The position numbers and the translations under genes are program-made. Positions 1-35,800 of a stretch of 64,000 bases of DNA are shown piece by piece. Every line of letters begins with the position of its first letter. Within the stretch, counting starts at the first letter, position 1. The notes under the pieces are model-generated. The model saw nothing but the letters and a program-made list of their open reading frames with translations. It ran no database searches and was not told where the DNA came from. This DNA is from Vicugna vicugna. Taxonomy: Eukaryota. Location: the NCBI GenBank assembly GCA_013265495.1, contig MU058226.1, forward strand, positions 146,741 through 210,740. Direction: 5' to 3'.

Positions 1-399
1 TGTGGGACAGGATAGAATGTTCCTGTACTTTTTTTTTCTGTTTTATTCTATTCTGTCATTTAAATTTTCTTAAAGTTTACAATTTCTAGTTCCGAAGAAA
101 TTAGGAGAAAAAATCACGAGGTGAATTAAATTCCAAAATTGCACTCAGGTTGGCTTTTCTAAGTGACTGTCGGCCATATCCTATGCCTGGTGGTGGTATT
201 TCATGAGAGTTTCTCTGGATGTGGAAGAACTCAGCCCCTCTGAGAGCCAATCTTTTTGGGGGACATGTCACTGCCTCTGTGCGGGTCACTCTCTCTATTG
301 AAGATACTCAGGACGGAGGGACCCCCTGTCATGGCAAATCACAAGTATATGCAAAGTATGGAGGGACCCAAGCTCCCACTCCACACTCTCCATCGGCAT

Positions 400-965
400 A
401 CTAATTTTTATAACCCAGGATTTCTTTTTAAGCCCATATTTTTCTCTGAAAAGAATATAGCAACATGATGGAAAGTTTGGAAAATAGGAAAAAAATCTCT
501 CATCAGACCACTTCTGATCCAATAACCACCATTCATAACGATGTGTGTAACACACCCTTTCTTTCTGCATTTTCCATGCAGGGTATGTTTTAAGGTTGCA
601 CAGTATATCGTTCGTGGCTCTTACTCTTTTTTTTTTTTGTACGCAAGTTACACTGAGAGCATTTATCCTGTGGCTGCACAACCGGCATTAATCATCATTT
701 TAATGGTTATTTGATGCTTCATGGTGAAAATACCGTAACAAAATTAATCTTCTACCAGTCATTTGGATCCCTGACACAATTTTGCTGTCAGGAATGATCC
801 CAAGATGAACTTCTGTGATACAACTTTTTCCTGCTTTTTAATAATTTTCTTAGGATAGCTGCCCAGAAATGAGATTATTGGGTCAAAGGAAATGAGCATT
901 ATTTTGGCTGCTGACACATATGTCCAAATTGCCTTCTGAAACTTCATGGTGCCCGCCAGCCAGCA
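400..965 (-). mobile_element. Degenerate old LINE-1 (L1M/L1ME-type) fragment
   Basis: T-rich tract with L1ME-like words (ggatagctgcccagaaatgagattattgggtcaaagg, tgtccaaattgccttc). By-eye call. Confidence 0.55.
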
Positions 966-1153
966 CATGATGGGGGCCGGGGCTGTCCCATCCTCTCCAG
1001 CAGAGTCACCGCGTGGCTCATCCGAAAGCTATGCAAGCTTCCAGTCCTAACAGCTTGAGGAGCATTTTGCTAGACATGCTTGATCGTCCCTATTGACATC
1101 ACCAGCCAGGCAAGTCGCTCTCTAAGCCTCTGCCCACCAATCTCTTTTCTCAG

Positions 1154-12263
<11,110 letters not shown>

Positions 12264-12434
12264 GCCGCTGCTCACCCCTCCAGCGCCCCACTATGACTGC
12301 CGAGCACTGAGGGGTTGCGCTGAGAGAAGAGCCAGGGGCCACGTTCACCATCCAGCCGTCAGCAGAAGCCTTCTCCACCCGCGATCTCACAGCACCATGT
12401 TTACAGGGGGGAGGGACGAGGTTTGTATGGGAGC

Positions 12435-12440
12435 AATAAA
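12435..12440 (+). terminator. TNXB poly(A) signal AATAAA
   Basis: AATAAA about 170 nt after the TNXB stop and about 50 nt before the CYP21A2 stop codon on the opposite strand. Confidence 0.85.
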
Positions 12441-12479
12441 AGGAGAAACTGAGGCACGTGACTGGCGCGAGTCCTGCCC

Positions 12480-13160
12480 TGTCACTGGTCACTGGCACTC
12501 CCCCAGGCCCGGGGCCTCCGCCTCCCGAGGCTGCAGCCGCACCTGGAAAGGCTGCATCTTGAGGTTGAGGCCGCAGTAGGGATAGGGTTGCAGCGAGGGC
12601 AAGGCGCCCGCAGGAGGCAGCAGCGTGAAGGCCCGGAGCAGGTGCACCAGCACCACGAAGAGCTCCAGGCGCGCCAGCGGCTCGCCCAGGCACACGCGCG
12701 CCCCGCAGCCAAACGCCAACACGCAGGGGTTGGCGCCCGGGCCCAGGAAGCGGTCTGCAGGCGGAAGGACAGACCCGGGGTTCAGCGGCCGCCAGCCCCA
12801 GCCTCCGCTGCCCCCACGCCCCGGGCCCCCGCCTCGCCACGCACCCGGCCGGAACTCGTGAGGCTGCTCCCAGACCGTCTCGTCCAGGTGGGCGCCTTGG
12901 AGGTTGGGGATGACCACCATGCCCTCGGGGATGTCGTAGCCGAAGATGCTGAGGGAGGGGTGCAGTTAGAGGCCGGCTGGGAACCCCTGGGGCCTTCCCC
13001 GCTCATCCCTGCCCCTTGGGAGTCACCTGCTACGCCGCGTGGCGCGGTGCGGCAAGGCCAAGGGCACGACGGGCCGCAGGCGCAGCACCTCCGCGATGGT
13101 GGCGTTGAGCAAGGGCAGCCGAGCCCGGTCCTTGAATGGGACTCGGGCGCCTGAGTCTCT
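12480..13160. other. CpG-rich island over CYP21A2 exons 8-10, next to the TNXB 3' end
   Basis: Visibly high GC and CpG density (cgcgcc, gcgcgc, ggcgcgg) compared with the 5' half of the gene. Not formally computed. Confidence 0.6.
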
Positions 13161-15007
13161 GGGGCCCAGCTCACGATCCAGCTCCTCCTGCAGTCGCTGC
13201 TGAATCTGGGGAAGGGGTCAAGACTGGTATCAGGGGTCCAAGCCCTGCCGCTGGCCTATAGGGAACTGCCCAGCCTCCCACCACGTCCTGGAGCAACTCA
13301 CAGGAGACTTCATGCCAATTAGGGGAAGCCCCTCCCAATGAGGATGGAGCCAGCTGGGTTCCTGCTGCCCTGGCCAGGCTGCCAGGAAGGAGCCTTTTGC
13401 CTGCCTCCAGAGCATACCTCAGGGTGGTGAAGCAGGAAGGCCACAGCCCAGGAAAGGGTTATCGCCGTGGTCTCAGTGCCACCGATGAAAAGGTCCACCA
13501 CAGACATATGCACGTGCCCTTCGAGGAGCTGTCCAGGGCCCTCTCCCTCTCTTGGCCTCCCCACCCCTTGGAGCATGTAGTCCACCATGTCCCTCCACTG
13601 GCCGGCCACCATGCTCTCCTGGGGAGGGGAGGAGGAGCAGGCCTGAGCACCTGGCTTCGGGCAGGGGTTCTGGGGGTGGCAACAGGTCCAGGACTGGTGG
13701 GATGCCGAAGAAGCTGCCTAGCTCTGGGGCAGGAGCATCACTGCTATGGGCTGAGGGGGAGCCCGGTCCACGCATGGTTCCCACCTTGTGCCTCCTCAGC
13801 TGCTTCTCTACAATGTGGTCCCTGTTCTCCAAGGCCTGCTTCAGCCTCCAGAGGCTGGGGTTGGGGAAGAACTGGGGCAGAACGCAAGAGAGTGTAGCTG
13901 CTGGGAAGGAAGCCTGTTCCCCCCACCCTTTCTCCCAGGACCCAGGTGTTCCGGGGCTCCGTCTCCTCACCCTGAGAAAGGGAACCATGTCCAACATTTG
14001 GAGGGACCAGTGGTCCCAGGTTTTCATCAAGTCTTGGACACAGTCATGAATGGCATGTACTAAGGTCTCCTCCTGCTGGGAAAGGATGGGATCCTTTCAG
14101 TTCAGGACAAGGAGAGGGCCAGGGAGGGGCTGTGGGGTGGGCCCAAACATCTGTGAGAGCAAGAGAGCCTTGACCTTGTCTCCAAAGGTAAGGTAACAGA
14201 TGATGCTGCAGGTGAGGAAAGAAAATTCCTTCTGGATGGTCACAGGGGCACCGGCCTGGGCTCTCATGCGCTATGGAAAAGGGGCGTGAACTAAATAGGG
14301 GGCCTGCCAAGAGGGGCGAAGCTAACCCCGGGGGACTGCGGGAGTCCAGCCTTACCTCACAGAACTCCTGGGTCAGCTGCTCCACCCAGGGCTCCATGGA
14401 GTTGCGGATGCCCAGCAGCAGGGCAGAGCGGGTGAGCTTCTTGTGGGCCTTCCAGAGCAGGGAGTAGTCCCCCAGGGAGATGTCCTCACAGTGCTGAGAC
14501 ACCAGCTTGTCTGTGAGTAGGGGTTGGGGGTGGGGTGTCCAACTGACCAAGGAAGCCATGGGCCTGCCCTTCCCTGCCTCCCACAGCCCCTGCTTCTTCC
14601 GGAAACGCCCCCTCCCCTTACAGGATGGTATCTGGGGTCTGCCAGCGAAGTCCACCCACTTCCTGACCATGGCCTCCTCAATGGTCCTCTTGGAGTTCAG
14701 CACCACCACATCTGGGGAAAGGAAACGAAGGAGGTCAGCAGGGAGCAGACCGCCCCTCCCCGCTGTGGTGGGGCCGGGGAGGGAGCAGCCTCTCACCTTG
14801 CAGCCCAAGGCGGAGCCTGTAGATAGGCCCGAGTTTCTGAGTCAGGCCAAGTAGATAGATGGGGAGGTTGGGCTGCAGCAGGTGCAAGAAGCCAGGAACA
14901 AGAGGGGGGAGATGGAGGCTCCTGAGCTTCCACTGGCCCCACAGCAGGCGAGCGCCGGCTAGCAGGGCCAGCAGCAGCGGCAGCAGCAGCAGCCCCACGG
15001 GGACCAT
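12489..15007 (-). CDS. CYP21A2: Steroid 21-hydroxylase (cytochrome P450c21), 496 aa, intact
   Basis: Exons (minus): 15007-14797, 14711-14622, 14510-14356, 14270-14175, 14072-13971, 13871-13785, 13618-13418, 13205-13027, 12948-12845, 12754-12489; total 1491 nt. Leu-rich anchor [17 protein letters not shown]-helix GGTETT, EVLR motif, PDRF, heme motif [10 protein letters not shown]. Confidence 0.97.
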
Positions 15008-15022
15008 GGTTGGAGACCCATG

Positions 15023-15184
15023 CCAAGGCCCTGGCCCGGCCACTTATAGCTCTTGAGACCCTCATCCATCTGGCTACTTGGGCGGTTCTGAGACCTCCCT
15101 TGAGTCCTTCTCTCAGGCCCCTGCCCACTGTACCGCCCACAAAGTGGCACATTCCTGGAATGGCACCAGTCCTCTTGGCCTTGG
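15023..15184 (-). promoter_or_regulatory. CYP21A2 proximal promoter: TATA box, GC box and SF-1/NR5A1-type sites
   Basis: Minus-strand GAGCTATAAGTGG (TATAA at 15044-15048, about 40 nt upstream of the ATG). CCGCCC at 15133-15138. CCAAGGCCA on minus at 15176-15184. CCAAGGCC at 15023-15030. A further CCAAGGCCA(minus)+AAGGTCA composite lies at 15756-15771. Confidence 0.7.
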
Positions 15185-15485
15185 AAAATCCCCATTTCAA
15201 AGAGCAGGCCTTTTCCATTCATCTATCAAGAAGAAAGGAAGGGAAACACAACCCTGACCTTCTCGAACAGCTAGAATCCACTTTCTGGCTACACGTCAAT
15301 CATACAGGAAGAAGTGGCCACTCTCCGGTCTGAGCCTGCTCCCGCTCCCACCCCACCTTAGAGCAGATTCCTGCTCTGGAGTTTGTCTCGGAGGGAAAAT
15401 GACAATCCCTGACTAATACGCCCTCCAGGATTTCCTGAAGAACAAACTGAGATGAAAGTGATCTGTGTGTTTTTGTAACTTCCAT

Positions 15486-15610
15486 GTAGAGGATGCAGAT
15501 ATCCTGGTTAGCCTGGGTTATCCCAGTTTATACCTGTAGCCCCAGTGTCATCATTAATAGTGCCCCATTTCACTCTCAAAAGTTGAAGATGAAGAATTAC
15601 ATGGTCCCCC
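15486..15610. mobile_element. MER94-like (hAT-Blackjack) DNA transposon upstream of CYP21
   Basis: cccagtttatacctgtagccccagtgtcatcattaatagtgccccatttcactctcaaaag..ttacatggtcccc closely follows the MER94 consensus as I recall it. Confidence 0.6.
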
Positions 15611-16829
15611 AATTTGGAGCTCTTACCACGTGCCTGATGCTTGTTGGTTGCAAGGAAAAGTGACCCACTTGATCTGGCTTGAGCCAAACACAACTGTTCT
15701 ATAAATACAGGGGTATCTTCTGGAACCCAAGAGCAGGAAAATAGGAGGGACCTATTGGCCTTGGAAGGTCAGGGATAGGGGACAAGAAAAGCTTTAGAAA
15801 CGGGGCCGATCCCTCATTCTTCATTCCTCCCTCCTCTTTGCCTGCTGACCCCTCCTCCCTCTCCGCAGTCAAGCTGCTTGTGCTCCCAGGTGCAGGCAGA
15901 ACAGGGCTGCCTTCGGTGTTAGAGCCCACAGGTTACAGGTCTAGCCCCAGGGCAAGTGGGGTTTCCTCGCTGAACATGCCCCCCGTTGATTCCAAAGTCC
16001 CCAGGAGGGAACTTGATAACTACAGCTGGGATCAGGGCTCCAGCCCTATTCTGGGAGCCATAGCCATAAGGGGTGGGGTCCCACTGGATCAAGTAGGGCT
16101 GTCAGGGACCACTTTTACAGGTGAGGAGGCAGTGGAGGGGCTTATAGGAAGGGCTTGGGGAGAGGTCATGCCAAAGAGAGGCAGCAGGTTTCAGTGAAAG
16201 TTTGGGGCATCTAAGCGGTGGGGCTGATGGCTTAGAGGTGATCTGAGGCCCATGCATCTCCCAATTCCCCATCCCTGGCTTTTTGAACTGACCCCAGTGG
16301 GGTTGGGATGCTCAGAGATTTAACCAGAGCAAGGCTGTGCCACCCACTAGCTTGAAGCGTTAACCGCTGGGGGTCCCGATGGAGGAGGCTCAGCCCAGAT
16401 CCATGCCCAGGGTGAGGAGGGAGAAAATGGGGTGGGGTTTCTGGGATTGGGCAGCAACAGCTGGTACCTTCCTTGTGGTTGACCTCCCAGCCCCAGGCCA
16501 CATCTTGACACAAGCGTTAGCTTAATCTCTTGTTCTTACAAATGGGTTTATGCCACCACCAGGCCAATCAGCCTTTGGGAGAGATCTGATGGGCAGCAAC
16601 CGGGCCATGTAAACAACAGTCCTCGGAAGCCTCTGAAGTACTGGCGAAGGTCGGGACTTCTCAAAGCTACATTGGGATAGGAGGGGGCCTCCACTCAAAA
16701 GGAGAGAGACCTGGAATGCTGGCATGCTTGTGACCATCCCTTCATGAACTGACACCATTTACCTTGCCAGCCCCATCTGTTCCACACCACCTCCACTTCA
16801 AAATCCCAGACATGAATGTCTACATGCCG

Positions 16830-17130
16830 TGCCCCTAAATGTGCCCTGTCCTGTCCCTAGCCTCTAGGCCTTTTATATTTTCTTCTACCACAAACACTCT
16901 CATCTATCCCTACTCTTTATCTTTCAGAATCCAACTTAGATGTCACTTCCTCCAGGAAGCCTCCCCTGGACTCCTCACATACCCCCAGACTGAGTCAGAT
17001 GCCTCAACTCTGTGCCGCACAGGACCTTGCAGCTCCCTGACATCACACCTTTCATGGAGGGTGGGGGCCTGGCACGAGGCATGGCATGGAGGGAGAATTC
17101 CACAAATTTCTGTTAAATGGTTGAATGGCA
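16830..17130 (+). mobile_element. L2 3'-end fragment
   Basis: agatgtcacttcctccaggaagcctcccctg.. ending in tgttaaatggttgaatg. Confidence 0.6.
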
Positions 17131-17179
17131 GGCTGTTGTGCTGTTTCCATCAAAATTGAACTCATCAAATTTCTCCATC

Positions 17180-17285
17180 CTCTCACTTTCAATCTATGTG
17201 TGTCCTTCACCCTAAAGTGGGTCTCTTGTAGGCTCTTGCTTTATTAGCCAATCTTCAGCAAGTTTTTCAATGAACTTCTAGGTCA
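17180..17285 (-). mobile_element. Short L1 ORF2-derived fragment
   Basis: ctttcaatctatgtgtgtcctt..aaagtgggtctcttgtagg. Confidence 0.5.
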
Positions 17286-17958
17286 GCCTTGAAGACCCAA
17301 GGAGTGCCACCCAATGGGAAGAGCCGGACAGGCAGGTGGCAAGGGTTGACCCCAGTAGAATAGCAGTCCCTGCAGAGAATTAACAAATACACCAAAGTCG
17401 GCCTTTTGGTTTGTTTAAAATCAGCCTCTAGATGCAGACATCATTGACCTGAAGATTGCACAACCTTCTGGGAGAGTTACATAATGCGGCTAATTAAGGG
17501 ATTGAGTGCCAAACGGGCCAGGTCTCGACTGCCAGCTGCATGATGCCAGAGTGGAAGACGTGTGGCTGGACACTGCTCCCGAGGCAGAAGGGCTGAGGTG
17601 CTGGTCAGCACGAGCCCCGCCGAAGGCCGCAGTGACGGACTGCCTGGGCGCAGGGAGGGCCCTGCAGGCACAGTGGAAGGGAGGCCTTGGTGTGGACATT
17701 GGATCCCCAGAGTGCAGGGTGATCTGTTGGGTCACAAGTCTGCTTGGGGTGGTCCTATGAGAGACTGAGCTCCGAGGGAGTCATCTGTGGGGGTGTGGGT
17801 GTAGGGTTCAGGCAGAGCTGGACACTGCAAGGGTCACCTCAGCTCTGACAGCCTAAGATTATGCAACCCCTGGCCTGGGCCCCCCAAACCTGGAAGGGGC
17901 GGTGGGGATACTGGTCCCAGCCCTGGAGAGGCACACTGACACTTTGCTGCCAAAGGCC

Positions 17959-17964
17959 TTTATT
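17959..17964 (-). terminator. C4 poly(A) signal
   Basis: tttatt (AATAAA on minus) about 110 nt downstream of the C4 TAG. Confidence 0.85.
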
Positions 17965-18074
17965 GAGTCCCCGGTCCTGCCTGGGGCTATGTTCAGGGGA
18001 CCAGGCACAGCACCCATCCAGGCGTGAGCTTTCCCTGGCTCAGGCTCCTCCCGGGGCAGGCGGGAGGGCAGCCG

Positions 18075-31841
<13,767 letters not shown>

Positions 31842-31933
31842 GGCTGGAGCACCTCAGAGGGATCAGACCCGTCTGCCTGCCTGCTCCCTTCTGGTCAACC
31901 TCGGGCTTGGAGCATATTTGACTCTGGACCTTG

Positions 31934-31970
31934 CTCCTCCCCTGGCCCAGCTAAGTCGGGAAAGCACGTG
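31934..31970 (-). promoter_or_regulatory. TATA-less C4 promoter: GT/GC-type box and E-box
   Basis: GGGGAGGAG (minus, 31934-31942) and CACGTG (31965-31970), about 95-130 nt upstream of the C4 ATG. This matches the known Sp1 plus E-box layout of the C4 promoter. No TATA box seen. Confidence 0.65.
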
Positions 31971-32535
31971 ACAGCCAAGAACTGCAACTGGCCCCAGGCC
32001 CAGTATTGGGGGGGGGGGACCCGGGACACCTGGGTCTCTGAGGGAGTCTGAGGAAATCATGGCCCAGAGAGATAGCCAGTCCTTCCCTGTTAACCCCTTT
32101 CATCCCAGTTTCCTGGGCACCTCCCGCTACTGGGTCTATCTGGGTGTGTGTAAGCATACACATGCTCGAGTACAGCACTTATACACGTACATGGGTGCAC
32201 GAGGGCCCAGCTGCTTGCTGAGCCGCTTGACTCCTTTGTCGGTCTTAACAAAGCAAGGTACTTAGACACCTGCCTCTCGCTATAACCCCCACAAAAACAA
32301 CTACGCGAAGTTTTTGCTTTTTGTAGGCTTTAACAGAAACTCTGTGGTTTAGGAGATCAGGCGCACCCTCACCACCCCGTGAGGGGAATTGAACTCAGTG
32401 TCCTTTTTTATTCTCTGAACCAAGAGGCAAAGCTCAGGCCCAAGTTTGGCTTTACCTCTATCCCCAAATGAGGCACCTGGACACACCTGTCACGTTAAAC
32501 AAAAGACATCCAGCAAATATCACAGGCAGAAGTAC

Positions 32536-32541
32536 TTTATT
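32536..32541 (-). terminator. STK19 poly(A) signal
   Basis: tttatt about 335 nt past the STK19 stop and about 700 nt upstream of the C4 ATG. Confidence 0.8.
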
Positions 32542-32876
32542 TGGCAGTTTCAAGCCAACATATAGGGGAAGAACCCTGCTGTCCTTCACCAGCCTCCCCA
32601 GGAACCCCTCCTTCCCATGTCAAGACAGAGCAGCGGCACCTCACTGCATGAAAGGCAGCGGCCATGGCCTTGGCCCGGTTTCTGGTTCCACTTCAGTGAA
32701 AGGGCAAAGCATTGCCGAAACCCCAGGTAAACAGCAGCAGTCACATCTGACCCTTTGCACGGATGCAAGCCCAACACTCATCGTGGCTCCCGAGCCTTCC
32801 CAAGGTGACCCCATCTCAGCACTCCTGGGCCCCCCTCTCCCCACTCTGGGGAAGGTTGCCATGACGAGCAGAATCC

Positions 32877-35800
32877 TCACGTCTCCGGCAGGCGGAGGAG
32901 GGTTCCAGAAGTGGTGGAGACGCTGCAAGAGAGACAAGGCTTGAGCCAGATGCCTAGGCCCAGGGTCTGGGGGGAACTCAGAACTCGGCCACAGAGGTGC
33001 CTGGGTTCCAGAGAATGAGAGAGGAGCTAGGCTTCTTCACTACTGAATGAAGAGTGAGTCGGGGGGAATCCAACCTTTGGGTCATGGACCCGTCATCTGC
33101 CAGACACTGGGGGTGAGACTCACCAGTCCACCAGCTGGGCCCCAATGAGGTCATGCACGTGGTAAGCGAGGCCAAGTCTCACCGCAGCAGGTGCCCGCCG
33201 GCCTAGGAGCTCCGAAAGGAGTAACTCCCGGTACTTGGCCTTCCGGACCATGCCAAGGACAGCCTGGCGCCCTGGAGGAGAGGTGGCACAGGAGAGGGGA
33301 AAGGTGAGTGAGGCCTGGAGGCCTGAGGAGTCACCAAAAGGCATTCTTGAGGGGCTGCGGGCTTTAGCTGCAGACAGGCTACCTTTAACAAAATACTTGA
33401 TGAATCTCCCAGCTCCAGGCACAGCTAACCACCAACTTCCAGCATCTCGGACAGTGAGGACTCCAGCATTCACCAGCTGCCTGAGGCAGGAGAAATGAGG
33501 CATTGGCTCTAAGAACCCTCTCTCCTCCTCACCTGGTCATCTTTGGACACTAAGTCTCCAGAAGCCTGAGTACCCACACAAGGAGACTGAATAAGAGAAG
33601 CCCACCTGGGGCAGTTCTCTGCTCACACCATGCTGCTCAGTGCCCCGTGCTCTTGCTCGCTCCATTCTCCTCCCTGACTGCCCTCCCCCAACTCCTTCTT
33701 TTCCTGTTACTATTACACGTTCACTAAGACAGCTTCTCTCGGAAGCCCTCCTTGACTACATGCCCCAACGCACTCAGTCCCACCACCAGGGGAGAAACAA
33801 GGCTCCTGCCACTACCTACGCAGACCTTACCATAGCTCTTCCCACATTGTACTGAAAAGGAGTGTAAAATGCTTTCACGTCTACCATGGGTTACGAAGCA
33901 GGGAGCTTGAGCCAGACACAGGCTCCTGAAATGATATTCTTACTTAGCCCTTGCTTGGTTGCTGTTCTTTTGATCGTGAATGCTTTCGGGGCATCAGAGT
34001 CCCTACCATCCTCTAGTTTCTTGGTTTCAGCACAATTCACATCTGGCCTTTATGGTTCCTGTCAGACCTCCCTTTGTATCTGATTAGCCACTCAGATCTC
34101 CTGAATTTTACTCCAGGGCTCTTTCCAAGGCCCCAGGTAAGACAGGCCTCTTCTCTTGGGGAAACATAAACTTAGGTCATTTTATTTGAACTTTAGTTCA
34201 CCAAAAAGAAGAGGACAAGGCTGGATAGGGCTGGAGGGAGGGAGGGATAGGCCAGATGCCTGATTCTGTTGGTCCCCCAGGTCTCACGTGATTTCTGGGT
34301 CCCTGAAGCCAAAGGTCTGTGTCATTTGGTCCTGCTGGAAGCTAAGGTCGCTACAGGCTGGAAGCACCGAAGCCAGAAACTTTTGCACTGCGCCAGCATA
34401 GGGGCGCCCATCACAAGCCTTGAGGACCTGGAACCAGAAGTGAGAGATGTGGTCTGGCCCCACTTTCACCCTCCACCAATCTCCGAACCCACGACAACAT
34501 GTCTCTTCCTATGTTTTCCCTTCTGCTCAAGTCCTTCTCCCTCTCATACTCTTCCTCCTCCTCATACTAATAATTAACCAGAGCCCTGTGCCTTCTCAGT
34601 AAGATTTGAGGTGGGGTAATTGTCTCTTTTTTTTAACATGTGCATTCCCGAATTTCTCGGCACCCCCCTCCCCCGGCCTCAGTGACACAAACACAGTCAC
34701 ACGCACTCTGGTCCTGTAGTCCTCAGTGAAGATAATTCCTTGGGCATCCAAGTCGAAGCCTAGCTGGACGATTCTGATCTCCCCCTGCTCTTGAAGTGCC
34801 TTCTATCTCCAGAGAGATGAGAATAAAAAGAAGGGTATCAGGGTAAGATGCTCTGCTATACTTTGGAAACTTCTGGGCAGGGAGATTTTGTTTGCTAGCA
34901 TTGGGGAGTTTCTCCCTAAGTAAAGGAAAAATTATGGTGAGAGAATCAGGTGATCATCAAATAGCATTTTCCAATTAGTTTTCCATCCACTCACCTCATC
35001 AGTTATCTGTCTGATAAAATAGCAATTAAGACACAGGCCCTGCCCTCAAGGAATGAACAGTCTAGATTTTGGGTGGGGGAAGGTGGGGAGGAATATGGGA
35101 GAAAATGTTTAAAACAAAAATAAACTGGGACTTCCATTTGCAGGAATACAGTAAGACCAACTCACTCGCTGAAAATTATATAAAATTCTGGATAAAATAT
35201 TATTTTTAAAATTGTTTAAGTATTAAAGAGCTCACAAGGTAATAAGGAATTACCAGACTAATATAGTATCTACGTGAAAACAAGAGCTCACAGAAGAAAT
35301 TGGGACACAGAGTGCATTTGATGATTTAGGCAAATCCATCCAACACATAGTCAAAATTAACTGGGCACAAGGAAACAAAACTCAAAAAAGAAACAGACAA
35401 TAGAAACAAACCTAAAAGGACATGGTATAGTGAAATTACCAAAGACAGGCTTTTTTTAAAAACTATGCTTATAATGCTAAAATAAATAAAAGCCAAGATG
35501 GAAAATTTCAGCACAAAATTATAAAAATTGACATAATGGACTTCAAAGACATCTCAGTAGAAATTCTAGAACTCAAAAATAAAGCAGGTGCAATTAAGAA
35601 CTCAATGAATGGGCTTAGTAGATTAAGGCACGGCTAAATAAAAAGCTATTAATCTGGAAAACAGATTTTTTAAAAACCAACCAGAATATGATAAAGGTAG
35701 TCAAAAACACTGAAAATGCAGACAAGAGGCTAAGAGACTTAAAGGATACAAAGAGATGATCCACTTTATGTTTAGTTGGAGTCCCAGAAAGAAAGAAAAG

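Noticed and set aside
15019-15043. Upstream out-of-frame ATG (15021) and the extended [13 protein letters not shown]-terminus in the ORF track for CYP21
   Set aside because: The extension starts at the TATA box from a non-ATG codon. The ATG at 15021 is about 25 nt from the TATA box, at or before the expected TSS, so it is unlikely to be scanned.
32292-32385. Two 7-bp inverted repeats (CAAAAAC/GTTTTTG and CCCTCAC/GTGAGGG) between STK19 and C4
   Set aside because: Stems this short are expected by chance in 64 kb, and there is no RNA-gene or transposon-end context.
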